Shown: positions 1-9,049, numbered from the stretch's first letter. The stretch is DNA of 27,965 bases from an uncultured Chitinophagales bacterium (GCA_964414155.1 CAYPVN010000005.1:1-27965), one strand, 5' to 3'. A program made the numbers and translations. Notes: generated by a model not told the origin, from the sequence alone.

Positions 1-1
1 A

Positions 2-172
2 CGCAGGGATACATTGATGGTCGGGGATACCGACAAGGACATGCTGGTCGGCAAGAACGCCAACGTAGCAACCTGCGCGGTAACCTATGGCGCATGTAGC
101 GCGGATGAGTTGGCACAATACGATCCCGATTTTATGATCTCTTCCTTTCCCAAACTTCTTTCGCACGTATGA
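2..172 (+). CDS. HAD-family hydrolase (phosphoglycolate phosphatase-like), C-terminal fragment; 5' end lies outside the window
   Basis: Manual translation from position 2: RRDTLMVGDTDKDMLVGKNANVATCAVTYGACSADELAQYDPDFMISSFPKLLSHV*. MVGDxxxD is HAD motif IV. The TGA (170-172) overlaps the pdp ATG (ATGA). Confidence 0.88.
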   Translation, partial: RRDTLMVGDTDKDMLVGKNANVATCAVTYGACSADELAQYDPDFMISSFPKLLSHV

Positions 173-1515
173 ATCCTGTAGAACTCATCCGTAAGAAACG
201 CAACGGCGACGCGCTGTCCAAAGAAGAGCTCGAATATTTTGTCATGGGCTACGTCCGGGGAGATGTGCGGGAGTATCAGATGTCTGCCTTCTTGATGGCG
301 GTCTACTTCAAAGGGATGACCGTTGAAGAGACCGTGGCGCTGACTGATGTCATGCTGCATTCAGGCGAGGTCATCGATCTCTCGACAATTCCCGGTCGCA
401 AGGTCGACAAGCATTCCACGGGCGGTGTCGGAGACAAAGTATCGCTGATCCTGGTGCCTATCGTGGCGGCCTGCGGTGTTCCGGTTCCGATGATTTCCGG
501 TCGCGGGCTCGGGCACACGGGTGGTACTCTCGATAAGTTGGAATCGATTCCCGGCTTTCGAACAAACCTGTCCGTCAGCGAATACAAGCAAATCGTCGGT
601 GATGTTGGCGCCGTACTCATCGGTCAGACAGACCACATCGCCCCTGCGGACAAGAAAATGTACGCGCTCCGCGACGTGACCGCGACGGTAGCATCTGTCC
701 CGCTCATTGCTGGAAGCATCATGAGCAAGAAACTCGCTGAGGGCATCGACGCGCTGGTGCTTGATGTGAAAACAGGCAACGGGGCGTTTATGCAAGAGTA
801 TGATGATGCTGTTGCTCTTGCGAAGGCATTGGTCTCCATCGGTACAGGAGTTGGCAAGGAGACCATCGGGTTCATCACCGATATGAACCAGCCGCTTGGA
901 ACGGCCGTGGGGAATTGGTTGGAAGTTCTCGAGTCGGTGGAGTGCCTGCGTGGAAAGAATGTTCCAGATCTCATGGAGGTGACCTACGTCCTTGGCGGAG
1001 CAATGCTTCACCTGGGTGGAAAGGCTGATTCCATTGAAGAGGGAATGAAGCTTTGCCACTCAGCAGTCTGGTCGGGAAAAGCGTATGAGAAGTTCTTACA
1101 GATTGTCGAGCGACAGGGAGGAGACGTACTGTATCTCAAGCAGCCCGAGCTGTATCCCGTCATGTCGCGATTCGCGAGAGAAGTGAAGAGTACAACGAGC
1201 GGCTACGTTACGGGATTCGAAACATTGCGCATCGGTATGATCTCGACGGAGTTGGGCGCGGGCAGGCAGCACGTCGATGACATGATCGATCCAAAAGCTG
1301 GAATCGTGTTTCGCAAAAAGGTGGGCGACAAGGTTGAAAAGGGGGAGACGCTTGCAATCGTCTACACGGACAAAGAACGTGCGCTTGAATCCGCTCTTTC
1401 TGACCTTACGTCTGCGATCCGTATAGGAGAACATGCGTCTCCGCCCAAACCCGCAGTGCGCGCGTTCATCGATTCTGACGGCATACGACCTTGGACGCCA
1501 CCGGAGCTGCATTGA
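169..1515 (+). CDS. pdp: Pyrimidine-nucleoside (thymidine) phosphorylase
   Basis: 448 aa with DKHSTGGVGDK, SGRGLGHTGGTLDKLESIPG, IMSKK and LDVKTGNGAFM motifs, plus a C-terminal LGAGR...GIVFRKKVGDKV domain. Confidence 0.96.
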   Translation: MNPVELIRKKRNGDALSKEELEYFVMGYVRGDVREYQMSAFLMAVYFKGMTVEETVALTDVMLHSGEVIDLSTIPGRKVDKHSTGGVGDKVSLILVPIVAACGVPVPMISGRGLGHTGGTLDKLESIPGFRTNLSVSEYKQIVGDVGAVLIGQTDHIAPADKKMYALRDVTATVASVPLIAGSIMSKKLAEGIDALVLDVKTGNGAFMQEYDDAVALAKALVSIGTGVGKETIGFITDMNQPLGTAVGNWLEVLESVECLRGKNVPDLMEVTYVLGGAMLHLGGKADSIEEGMKLCHSAVWSGKAYEKFLQIVERQGGDVLYLKQPELYPVMSRFAREVKSTTSGYVTGFETLRIGMISTELGAGRQHVDDMIDPKAGIVFRKKVGDKVEKGETLAIVYTDKERALESALSDLTSAIRIGEHASPPKPAVRAFIDSDGIRPWTPPELH

Positions 1516-1539
1516 CATTTTGGAAAAATTCCGTATTTT
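1512..1539 (+). promoter_or_regulatory. Putative sigma70 promoter for the ferredoxin gene
   Basis: TTGACA (1512-1517, overlapping the pdp stop), 16-nt spacer, TATTTT (1534-1539). GGAG lies about 8 nt before ATG 1607. Confidence 0.55.
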
Positions 1540-1606
1540 TACATTCAGATTGCATGTTTTCGTCTGCAGAAGGCTATCGAACTACGAAATCCCCGGAGAA
1601 CGCTGA

Positions 1607-2044
1607 ATGCCCGTTGTAACATTCCATAATGAACACCGCGCGTTTGAGGTTGAGCCCGGGTCCAACCTGCGCGCTGTTATGTTGAAGCTTGACGTCACCC
1701 CGTATAAGGGGCTCTCCATGTTGACGAACTGCCGCGGACACAATTTCTGCAGCACATGTGCGGTCGAGGTTGTAGATGGGAAGGGCGTCTCTCCCCGCGG
1801 TCAGGATGAGGAAGCAACACTGACCGGGAATCTCCTCCTTGCACGAGAAGTTGGGAAGAACACCCGGCTTTCCTGTCAGACCAAAATCACCGGCGACCTT
1901 GTGGTCAAGACACACCCGGTCCGGCGAATCGACAAGCAGAAGACGAAAGAGCGATTCGTTCTTCTTGGAATCACATCGTTCTTCCTTTTGGTATTCGCGG
2001 GAATGTTTGTGTATCTGCTGCTGGATATGATCAAGAAATTCTGA
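1607..2044 (+). CDS. 2Fe-2S ferredoxin-domain protein with a C-terminal transmembrane helix
   Basis: NCRGHNFCSTC...RLSCQ provides four Cys ligands (C-x5-C-x2-C...C). The hydrophobic C-terminal segment is FVLLGITSFFLLVFAGMFVYLLL. No N-terminal signal peptide. Confidence 0.88.
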   Translation: MPVVTFHNEHRAFEVEPGSNLRAVMLKLDVTPYKGLSMLTNCRGHNFCSTCAVEVVDGKGVSPRGQDEEATLTGNLLLAREVGKNTRLSCQTKITGDLVVKTHPVRRIDKQKTKERFVLLGITSFFLLVFAGMFVYLLLDMIKKF

Positions 2045-2071
2045 TTCGCTTGGGAATTACGAGTGGAATAG

Positions 2072-2093
2072 GAGCCCCCTTTCGAGAGGGCTC
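2072..2093. terminator. Hairpin between the convergent ferredoxin and suhB genes; possible bidirectional intrinsic terminator
   Basis: GAGCCCCCT-TTCG-AGAGGGCTC gives 8 bp with one mismatch and a UUCG loop. The U-tracts are weak. Confidence 0.5.
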
Positions 2094-2116
2094 TTCTCAT
2101 TTCTGGGCCAACATTC

Positions 2117-2917
2117 TCATTTGGTTGGCGGAGGGATCGCGGGGTTGTCCGACTTTGCAAGCACTTGTACCATTGCCTGATGAACGCGTCCGTTGCTGGC
2201 CAACACCTGCTTCTTGTATATCGACGACGGTGCACCCGCGAAATCAGTAACCTTCCCTCCTGCCTCACTGACGAACAGCATTCCCGCTGCCATATCCCAC
2301 GGATTCAGATTCACTTCCCAGAAGCCGTCGAACCGCCCCGCCGCGATGTAGGCAAGATCAAGAGCAGCTGAGCCGAGTCGGCGCACTCCCCGGGCTTCGG
2401 CCAGGAAGTTCACAAAGTGCTCGACTGCATGATCGGGGTTCTTCGCAATGTCGTACGGGAAGCCGGTCACCAGCAGGCTTTGGATAAGTTCTGCCGTATG
2501 TGACACAGACATACGTTTGCCATTCAGATACGCGCCTGATCCTCTTTCGGAGGTGAACAGCTCATCCAAGTTCGGGTCGTAGACAACTCCTGCGATTACC
2601 TCCCCCTTTCGCTCAACAGCGATGGTCACGCAATAGATTGGAAGACCGTGAAGGAAGTTTGTCGTTCCGTCCAGCGGGTCGATAATCCATTTATACTCCG
2701 AACTTGTGTCACTGCTGCCGCTTTCCTCCGCGAGGATCGCGTGCTGCGGGTAATGTCGCTTGATGATACTGATGATCTTTTCCTCGGAGATCTTGTCGAT
2801 CTCCGAAACAAGATTCCGCTCCTCCCCCTTTTTCACTTCGACATTCTTCACTCTGCCGATGCTGTATTTCAGAAATTTGCCAGCTTCTTTGGCGGCTTCG
2901 ATGGCAAGGCTGAGCAT
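2117..2917 (-). CDS. suhB: Inositol monophosphatase family protein (SuhB)
   Basis: WIIDPLDGTTNF and WDMAAG signatures, RRLGSAALDLAYIAAGRFDGFWE, and the ILAEE metal-binding segment. Confidence 0.93.
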   Translation of the reverse strand: MLSLAIEAAKEAGKFLKYSIGRVKNVEVKKGEERNLVSEIDKISEEKIISIIKRHYPQHAILAEESGSSDTSSEYKWIIDPLDGTTNFLHGLPIYCVTIAVERKGEVIAGVVYDPNLDELFTSERGSGAYLNGKRMSVSHTAELIQSLLVTGFPYDIAKNPDHAVEHFVNFLAEARGVRRLGSAALDLAYIAAGRFDGFWEVNLNPWDMAAGMLFVSEAGGKVTDFAGAPSSIYKKQVLASNGRVHQAMVQVLAKSDNPAIPPPTK

Positions 2918-2954
2918 GGATTATGAGGGGTTATGAACGATCGAGATTCGAACC

Positions 2955-2963
2955 AATATACCA
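2955..2963 (-). promoter_or_regulatory. Putative extended -10 promoter element for suhB
   Basis: The minus strand reads TGG-TATATT (TGn plus -10) about 38 nt upstream of the suhB ATG. The same TATATT hexamer occurs at 13918 and 19583. Confidence 0.5.
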
Positions 2964-3073
2964 AAATCACGAGGTGGATGCCAGCCATTGTCTTGCACTT
3001 CCTTCTTTGAAATCATTTCTTATTTCTGTACGTTCTCACCGAGCTTTTCCATCCACAGCGTCAGGACGTTCGC

Positions 3074-5296
3074 ATGATGAGGATCCTACTCGCGTTATTT
3101 GTTACCATCGTTCTTCTTGGGTGCCAAAAACCTCCGAGACCTGCCGAGGTACGGAAGACAATAACCCTCGACGAGCTTGCCATTGAAGTGCAAAGTGCAC
3201 CGAGGAAGTACATGATGTCCGACAAGCGAGGAGGATTTCTTCTTGGAAGTGTGTCTGAGACAGAGAGCGCTCATTCCATAATATGGTCGGTTGATGGCCG
3301 CGACCTGGTGGAAGGATATCAAGTTTTCATCGACGATGTTCCGCTCCGTTCGATTCGATCAACAAGAATCCTTCCCCATCTTATAGAAAACACATATGAA
3401 GCTGGGATAACCGAAACGGTGACCCCGCTTGAGTTTACCGACAGTGCGGGGACCCATGCCTATCTGGTTCGAGTGCATGCAAAAAAACCCGGTAAGATTA
3501 CGCTGAAGGTGAAGCCTGCCGCCGGGTTTATTCAAGCGAGAACCAGCGATATGAGCGCATTAACCATGACGCAATCCCGCGGCAAGGCAACGATCACTGT
3601 TTATGCGGGAGACGTCGGAAGAACTGCGGCTGATGGCATCGTCGTTCCTTCTGGACAGGAGGCAAGTTTTCTGCTCATGTTCAATCCGCAAGGGGACCCG
3701 CCTGTGCGAGACTGGTATTCTCGCATCATGTCGCTTGAGGCAGCGCGAGCCGCACGGATGGAACACTTACTAAATGCCGCCTATCTGAGAACTTCCGATG
3801 GGCAACTGGACAAGGCGATACACTGGGTAAAACTCTCCCTGGATGCGCTCGTGATTGAGGGAAGGGATACGTTTGCTGTTGCCGGATTGCCGTGGGACGG
3901 CTCACTGGATCTTCGCGACAACGCTCGCTCACTTGCCGGCATCGGCCTTGCCACTGGCGAGCATCATGATGCTTCGGGGATAATCCGAACTCTCGCCCGA
4001 TGGCAGGACACCGTTGCCGGCCGATCGACATTCGGGCGCATCGCTGATAGGGTGAGCAACGGCATTCCCACGTACGACGGAGCCGATGTTACACCGTGGT
4101 TTATCCGCGAAATGTTTGGGCATGCCACGTGGACCAATGATACCTCTCTGGTGCAAGAGATGTATCCACTCATCAAGCGCAGCATGGAAGGAACACTGAA
4201 GTACCACACCGACTCCTTGAACCTGCTGGTGCACGGCGATACGGAAACATGGATGAAGGATTCTCCCCGCGGCAACCGTGCCGCAGAAATCCAGCTACTC
4301 TGGTACTTTCAACAGCTCATCAGCTCGTTTGTCGCGACACACGTGCATGATTATGATCCCGCTCAGCGATGGGCTGAGCTCGCCACACGGACAGTGAAGA
4401 GTTTCAGCAGCGTCTTCATCGACACCACACGTCAGCTCGTGTACGACCATCTTACCAGGGATGGGATCGGTGTACATGAACCACGGCCCAATGCAATGTA
4501 CTGTTTGGAAATCGTGGGAAGTGAGCCAGTGGAGCAGTCCGTTGTGCAGAAGACGTTCAACACCCTCGCGTACCCTCACGGTGTCGGCACTCTTGCCGCT
4601 TCGGACAGCAGGTTTCAATCCTCAGCAGAAAACGGAAGAGGCATGTTCAATGGCCCCATCTGGACCTCGTTGACAGGACAACTTGCTTATGCACTCACTC
4701 GCTTTGACAGGCAGGATTTGAGCTATCAGCTTACGCAGTCGCTGGTTCGTCAGGTGTTGGAAGGCGAAATGGCTGGAACGTTGCCCACCATGCTCGCCGT
4801 AAGTCCGCAGGCCGGCAAAAGCCGTGCAGCGCAAGCCGGGGCGAGCGCTTCACTGTCAGGCATGGCCGAGCTGATTCGAAGCGTCTACCAGGATTACATT
4901 GGGATCAGCGTCGATGTTCCATCAAATGTGATTGCCCTGCATCCAAAACTTCCCGACACACTCCGAAAAGTGGATTACACGGTACAGTTTGGCGGTCACC
5001 CGGTGCACATACATTACTCGCGCGAGGGTCAGACATCTCGCGTAACGCTTCACGCCCCGGATATCGATAAGGAAATCCGGATCAGGTTTCTCTGGATGAT
5101 GGAGAATGGGAACGCCTGGAAGGGAACGGCAACGCTGCATCCCCAGAAACAGTTGAGGCTCGTGTTTACGGAAGACGATCTGTTGGCTTTTGATGGAGAT
5201 GATGAAACGGAGTTACAGTATCGACAGAGGTTGATAGGCTTTTCACAACGGAAGGATTTCGATGAATTGGAGTTTGCGAAGCTGCCAACGCGGTGA
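3074..5296 (+). CDS. Lipoprotein with an amylo-alpha-1,6-glucosidase (GDE_C)-like six-hairpin glycosidase domain; catalytic motifs look degenerate
   Basis: Lipobox VLLG-C17. GDE_C-like landmarks are AGLPW, ADVTPWFI, TWMKDSPRGNRAAEIQLLWY, RPNAMY, NGPIWTSLTG and AELIRSVYQDYIG. Confidence 0.75.
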   Translation: MMRILLALFVTIVLLGCQKPPRPAEVRKTITLDELAIEVQSAPRKYMMSDKRGGFLLGSVSETESAHSIIWSVDGRDLVEGYQVFIDDVPLRSIRSTRILPHLIENTYEAGITETVTPLEFTDSAGTHAYLVRVHAKKPGKITLKVKPAAGFIQARTSDMSALTMTQSRGKATITVYAGDVGRTAADGIVVPSGQEASFLLMFNPQGDPPVRDWYSRIMSLEAARAARMEHLLNAAYLRTSDGQLDKAIHWVKLSLDALVIEGRDTFAVAGLPWDGSLDLRDNARSLAGIGLATGEHHDASGIIRTLARWQDTVAGRSTFGRIADRVSNGIPTYDGADVTPWFIREMFGHATWTNDTSLVQEMYPLIKRSMEGTLKYHTDSLNLLVHGDTETWMKDSPRGNRAAEIQLLWYFQQLISSFVATHVHDYDPAQRWAELATRTVKSFSSVFIDTTRQLVYDHLTRDGIGVHEPRPNAMYCLEIVGSEPVEQSVVQKTFNTLAYPHGVGTLAASDSRFQSSAENGRGMFNGPIWTSLTGQLAYALTRFDRQDLSYQLTQSLVRQVLEGEMAGTLPTMLAVSPQAGKSRAAQAGASASLSGMAELIRSVYQDYIGISVDVPSNVIALHPKLPDTLRKVDYTVQFGGHPVHIHYSREGQTSRVTLHAPDIDKEIRIRFLWMMENGNAWKGTATLHPQKQLRLVFTEDDLLAFDGDDETELQYRQRLIGFSQRKDFDELEFAKLPTR

Positions 5297-5301
5297 GCAG
5301 T

Positions 5302-6627
5302 CTAGTCATGAGGCTTATGGTTTAGTATCTTCTCTAACCTTTCCGCGTTCATCTTGTTCATGCGGAAACGGATCGTAATGGCATCTCCATCGTACGTCTT
5401 ATCAATGACCTCAGCAATATCGTGGATTTGTGAAATAATCTGGTAATCTTTCTGCCCAAAGGTCATCGTCTTCTCGGCGATATTGCTATCGAGAACCGTC
5501 ATGAGGTGTTCCTTCAATGATCCCAGGTTAATACCGCGTCCTGCCGAGATGAACACGGCATTCTCGTACTTGCGTGTCAGAGGGGCAACGATGCTTCGAT
5601 CTGCAAGTTTATCGATCTTGTTGAAGACCAGTATCGTTTCCTTGCCCTGCGCACCAATCTCCTCGAGTGTTTCATTGACGACGGCGATCTGCTCCTCGAA
5701 GAGCGGGTGGCTCACATCAACGACATGCAGGAGAATGTCCGCCTCTGCTACTTCCTCCAACGTGCTTTTGAATGATGCCACAAGAGTGTGCGGAAGCTTC
5801 CTGATGAACCCGACTGTATCAGAAAGTAGAATTTTTTGGGCGGGTGAAAGTGAAACAAGACGAACGGTTGAATCGAGCGTTGCAAAAAGCCTGTCCTCCA
5901 CCAGCACGTCTGCGTTGGAGAACCAATTGAGCAGCGTGGACTTTCCAACGTTTGTGTATCCAACAAGAGCCACGCGGGGAAACTTGTCGCGGCCCTTGCG
6001 TTGCACCGCCCGTTCTCCTGCGATCTGCTTCAACTTAGCTTTAAGATGACTGATCTTCGTGCGAATTGCGCGACGGTCAGTCTCTATTTGTGTTTCCCCC
6101 GGGCCCTTTGTCCCGATCCCACCATATTGTTTCGACAAGTGCGTCCACTGACGAGTCAACCGGGGAAGCATGTATTGCAATTGGGCAAGTTCTACCTGCA
6201 CTTTCGCCTCGCGCGTCCGTGCGCGTGATGCGAAAATGTCAAGGATAAGGCCGCTCCGATCGATGATCTTACAATTGATAATCCGTTCGAGATTACGGAT
6301 TTGCACGGAAGAAAGATCGTCATCGAATACAACGATGTTGATGCGCTTCTCGCCGACAAGCTTTCCAAGCTCATCTGCCTTCCCTTTGCCGATGAAGTAT
6401 GCGGCATCAATATTCTGTCGCTCCTGAACGATGCGGTGAACAACCTCTGCGCCAGCGGATTCCGCGAGGAGCGTCAACTCATCAAGGTACTCCTCAACGA
6501 TTGATCGCAGCGCGGCTTGTGTTGTTCGCTTCCCCGATATGTCGAATGGCCGCGCAACACCAACAAGTATGGCTCGTTCATGTTCGGCGGTCTCAATGAG
6601 CTGTATCTTTCCGTTCACCTTCGTCAA
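5302..6627 (-). CDS. hflX: Ribosome-splitting GTPase HflX
   Basis: G1 GYTNVGKST, G2 LFATLD, G3 DTVGF, G4 NKID, G5 SAG, plus HflX-specific GIGTKGPGETQIETDRR and ILDIFASRART. The start is TTG 6627 overlapping the upstream stop; GTG 6618 is an alternative. Confidence 0.97.
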   Translation of the reverse strand: MTKVNGKIQLIETAEHERAILVGVARPFDISGKRTTQAALRSIVEEYLDELTLLAESAGAEVVHRIVQERQNIDAAYFIGKGKADELGKLVGEKRINIVVFDDDLSSVQIRNLERIINCKIIDRSGLILDIFASRARTREAKVQVELAQLQYMLPRLTRQWTHLSKQYGGIGTKGPGETQIETDRRAIRTKISHLKAKLKQIAGERAVQRKGRDKFPRVALVGYTNVGKSTLLNWFSNADVLVEDRLFATLDSTVRLVSLSPAQKILLSDTVGFIRKLPHTLVASFKSTLEEVAEADILLHVVDVSHPLFEEQIAVVNETLEEIGAQGKETILVFNKIDKLADRSIVAPLTRKYENAVFISAGRGINLGSLKEHLMTVLDSNIAEKTMTFGQKDYQIISQIHDIAEVIDKTYDGDAITIRFRMNKMNAERLEKILNHKPHD

Positions 6628-8831
6628 CTTTTGACCGCCTGGGGAGATGCTTCATCCCCTTTTCCCGCTCGTCCAAGAGCCATCTCAATAAGAGCCAGAA
6701 CCACGGCCAGACCTATGAAGTATTTCCAGAGCTCCACGCCAAACCGCGACTCCATGACAACGGCATCGATTTTCTTCGCTGCCGGCAACACCGTTACTTG
6801 ATCAGCCCGCACACCAATGCTCCTCCAGAATGAAGCAATGTTCTTCTCGTCAATACGGTGGAGATTGGACTCCGCAGGATCAACATTGACCGGAATCGCT
6901 TGAATGATACCCTGCCCTTTGGGAGACCCTGACTGAGAATCAGAAACCCGTCGCAGGGAGTAAATGCCTACTTCGGCGGCATGTGAAGACTCAAACGTAG
7001 CAAGGCCGAAGGTTGATAGGAACCTCGGGGCAATTCGTTCATCGATGCCGCCCGGCGATGTCAGCGCGTACGATTCCCCATCTCTCTGGCCCTTCAAACG
7101 TGCCGTTACTTTTATATTTTCTCCTGCAACAAGCGAGGGTGAAGTCTGCCCCTGCGCGGCAAGATACACAGTTGCCCGGTGAAGAAGCGGTGCAAACAAC
7201 CCCTTCACAGGAAAGTCGGACCACCCGAGACCGGCCTGTACGGAAAACAAGAGCGTGCGACCGGAACCAGTGGGATACTCAGTCAAGAATCCTCCTCCGT
7301 TCGTGAGCCCGATGATCTGATGTCCCCTTACACCGGCTGTCGTACCAATAGCTTTGTAGACACGAGGAGATTCGACCGACGGCGTTGACGAGCGTCCCGA
7401 CTGCTGCTCGAACAATGTTGTGAAGAGAGGATGAGCAAAGTCGATTTTATCGAATGAAAGGAAACTCTGGACGTCGCCTGCCGCGCTTGTGGCATTGGCG
7501 TTTGCAGCCGATGCCTGGGGAACCGACAGTCGTGCAAACACCGTTTCGTTGTAGTTGGCGATGTTGGTTTCATTTCCCGGGAAGAGCATCAAACCGCCGC
7601 CGGCTTTCACAAACTGCGCGAGGCGTTCTGACTCAGTCGGGGAGAAACCCTTGAGATTGCTGCAGACGAGAACATCGAACCTGCCGATATCTGTTGCGGA
7701 GAGCTGCGCCTCCGTGATTTGCTGGGTTGCGAAGAGACCGGCGAAGCTTGTGTCTCCGCCAAGCGTCAGAGCGAGCTGCGGGATGCGAACGTCCTGTGCC
7801 GTCGCACCAACGAAAAGAACTTTGATGCTTGCAGGGACATTCAAAACAAAGAACCGCTTGTTGTCGAGTTCAAGAAGATCGTCGTCAATCTGAACGTACC
7901 CTTGCAATGAACCTCTGCGTTTCGGGATAACAGAGGCGTTGATCACCTCCGATCCGCCGGAGGCAATATCCAGCGATTGCTGGACAACTCTCGCGCCGTC
8001 AAGATACACGCTCAACATCCCATTTGTTATTGCTGTGTTGGAGAAGTTTCTTGCAAGGACTTGCAGGCTTGCCGGTTTGTTCAGTGTGATGATTTGAGTT
8101 TTGACTTCAACGGCTGAAAGACCGACGTTCCCCTGTCGTTGTATGCCTGTTTCGATCACGAACACCTTCGCCCGATTGTCAAAAAGATTTGTTGAATCGC
8201 TTGGCGCAGACGGCAGGAATTGAGTTTCCTGCTTGTCGGTGATAAGGTAGACTTCCTGGTTGAAGTTCTTTGATTCCGCAACAATCTTTGCAGCAATGCC
8301 CAACGCACTCCGGTATGATGCCGTCTCGTACGTGGGAGTAAGCTGGTCGAGCAATATTTTCAACGGCGCAGCCGCAAACGCCGGAGAATATGTTTCTCTA
8401 TGATGCACATCGGAGAGCTTGACGAGATACACCTCATCACCCTCTCTCATCAGGTCGACAATCCCCCCGGCCGCTTCCTTGGCCTGCGCAAAGAGAACGC
8501 CCCGCTCGTTTCGGACGGACATGCTTGGTGAATCGTCCAGTATGAGAACGATGGTCGTCCTTGCGTGCGTCCCGATTGTGCCAGCGAACGATCCCCTCAA
8601 CGCCGGACGCGAGAAAGCCATCACAAGGGCAATGATGATCAAGGTGCGAACAAGGAGAAGAAGAAGTTGTCGGATTCTCAGCCGGCGCATCTTGGTTTTC
8701 TGGAGTTCTTTCAGGAATTGGAGCGAGGAGAACTCAACGGTCTTGAGCTTGCGGAGGTTGAGAAGGTGAAGAATAATCGGGATTGCCGCTGCGGCAAGGC
8801 CAAAAAGAAGAAGGGGGTTGAGGAACGTCAT
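6624..8831 (-). CDS. BatA N-terminal domain + von Willebrand factor A domain membrane protein
   Basis: N-terminus MTFLNPLLLFGLAAAAIPIILHLLNLRK...FSSLQFL is the BatA double-TM motif. MIDAS-like DDSPSMS and YLITD follow, then an Ig-like region ending DNKRFFVL, a GATase-like segment (VKAGGGLMLFPG) and C-terminal TM ELWKYFIGLAVVLALIEMAL. Confidence 0.85.
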   Translation of the reverse strand: MTFLNPLLLFGLAAAAIPIILHLLNLRKLKTVEFSSLQFLKELQKTKMRRLRIRQLLLLLVRTLIIIALVMAFSRPALRGSFAGTIGTHARTTIVLILDDSPSMSVRNERGVLFAQAKEAAGGIVDLMREGDEVYLVKLSDVHHRETYSPAFAAAPLKILLDQLTPTYETASYRSALGIAAKIVAESKNFNQEVYLITDKQETQFLPSAPSDSTNLFDNRAKVFVIETGIQRQGNVGLSAVEVKTQIITLNKPASLQVLARNFSNTAITNGMLSVYLDGARVVQQSLDIASGGSEVINASVIPKRRGSLQGYVQIDDDLLELDNKRFFVLNVPASIKVLFVGATAQDVRIPQLALTLGGDTSFAGLFATQQITEAQLSATDIGRFDVLVCSNLKGFSPTESERLAQFVKAGGGLMLFPGNETNIANYNETVFARLSVPQASAANANATSAAGDVQSFLSFDKIDFAHPLFTTLFEQQSGRSSTPSVESPRVYKAIGTTAGVRGHQIIGLTNGGGFLTEYPTGSGRTLLFSVQAGLGWSDFPVKGLFAPLLHRATVYLAAQGQTSPSLVAGENIKVTARLKGQRDGESYALTSPGGIDERIAPRFLSTFGLATFESSHAAEVGIYSLRRVSDSQSGSPKGQGIIQAIPVNVDPAESNLHRIDEKNIASFWRSIGVRADQVTVLPAAKKIDAVVMESRFGVELWKYFIGLAVVLALIEMALGRAGKGDEASPQAVKS

Positions 8832-8875
8832 GAACTCCGATGCAATGCCTGTTAAAAACTGAAGCTCTCCTCGAA

Positions 8876-8905
8876 AAATTAGATCAAAAACAGAATGAAA
8901 TGCAA
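8876..8905 (-). promoter_or_regulatory. Putative sigma70 promoter for the BatA/VWA-hflX unit
   Basis: The minus strand reads TTGCAT (8905-8900), 18-nt spacer, TAATTT (8881-8876). Confidence 0.4.
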
Positions 8906-8959
8906 ACGAACCTGAAACAGCGTTCGTAGGATCGCCCTCATTTCGTCACTGATTAGCAG

Positions 8960-8988
8960 TTGCAACTCCCGCCGAATCTTCCTATCAT
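8960..8988 (+). promoter_or_regulatory. Putative sigma70 promoter for the Omp85 operon
   Basis: TTGCAA (8960-8965), 17-nt spacer, TATCAT (8983-8988), about 60 nt upstream of ATG 9050. Confidence 0.6.
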
Positions 8989-9049
8989 GAATTTGAATGT
9001 CACACCATCGTATTGTCTTCCAAGCTCCACTGTGATTGATGGGTCCGCG

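Noticed and set aside
2945-2954. GGTTCGAATC on the minus strand resembling a tRNA T-loop
   Set aside because: The flanks do not form a 5-bp T-stem, and there is no acceptor, D or anticodon arm or CCA. It directly follows the suhB -10 element.
8960-9049. N-terminal extension of the Omp85 ORF from TTG 8960
   Set aside because: That TTG is the start of the -35 hexamer TTGCAA. The signal peptide begins at ATG 9050.
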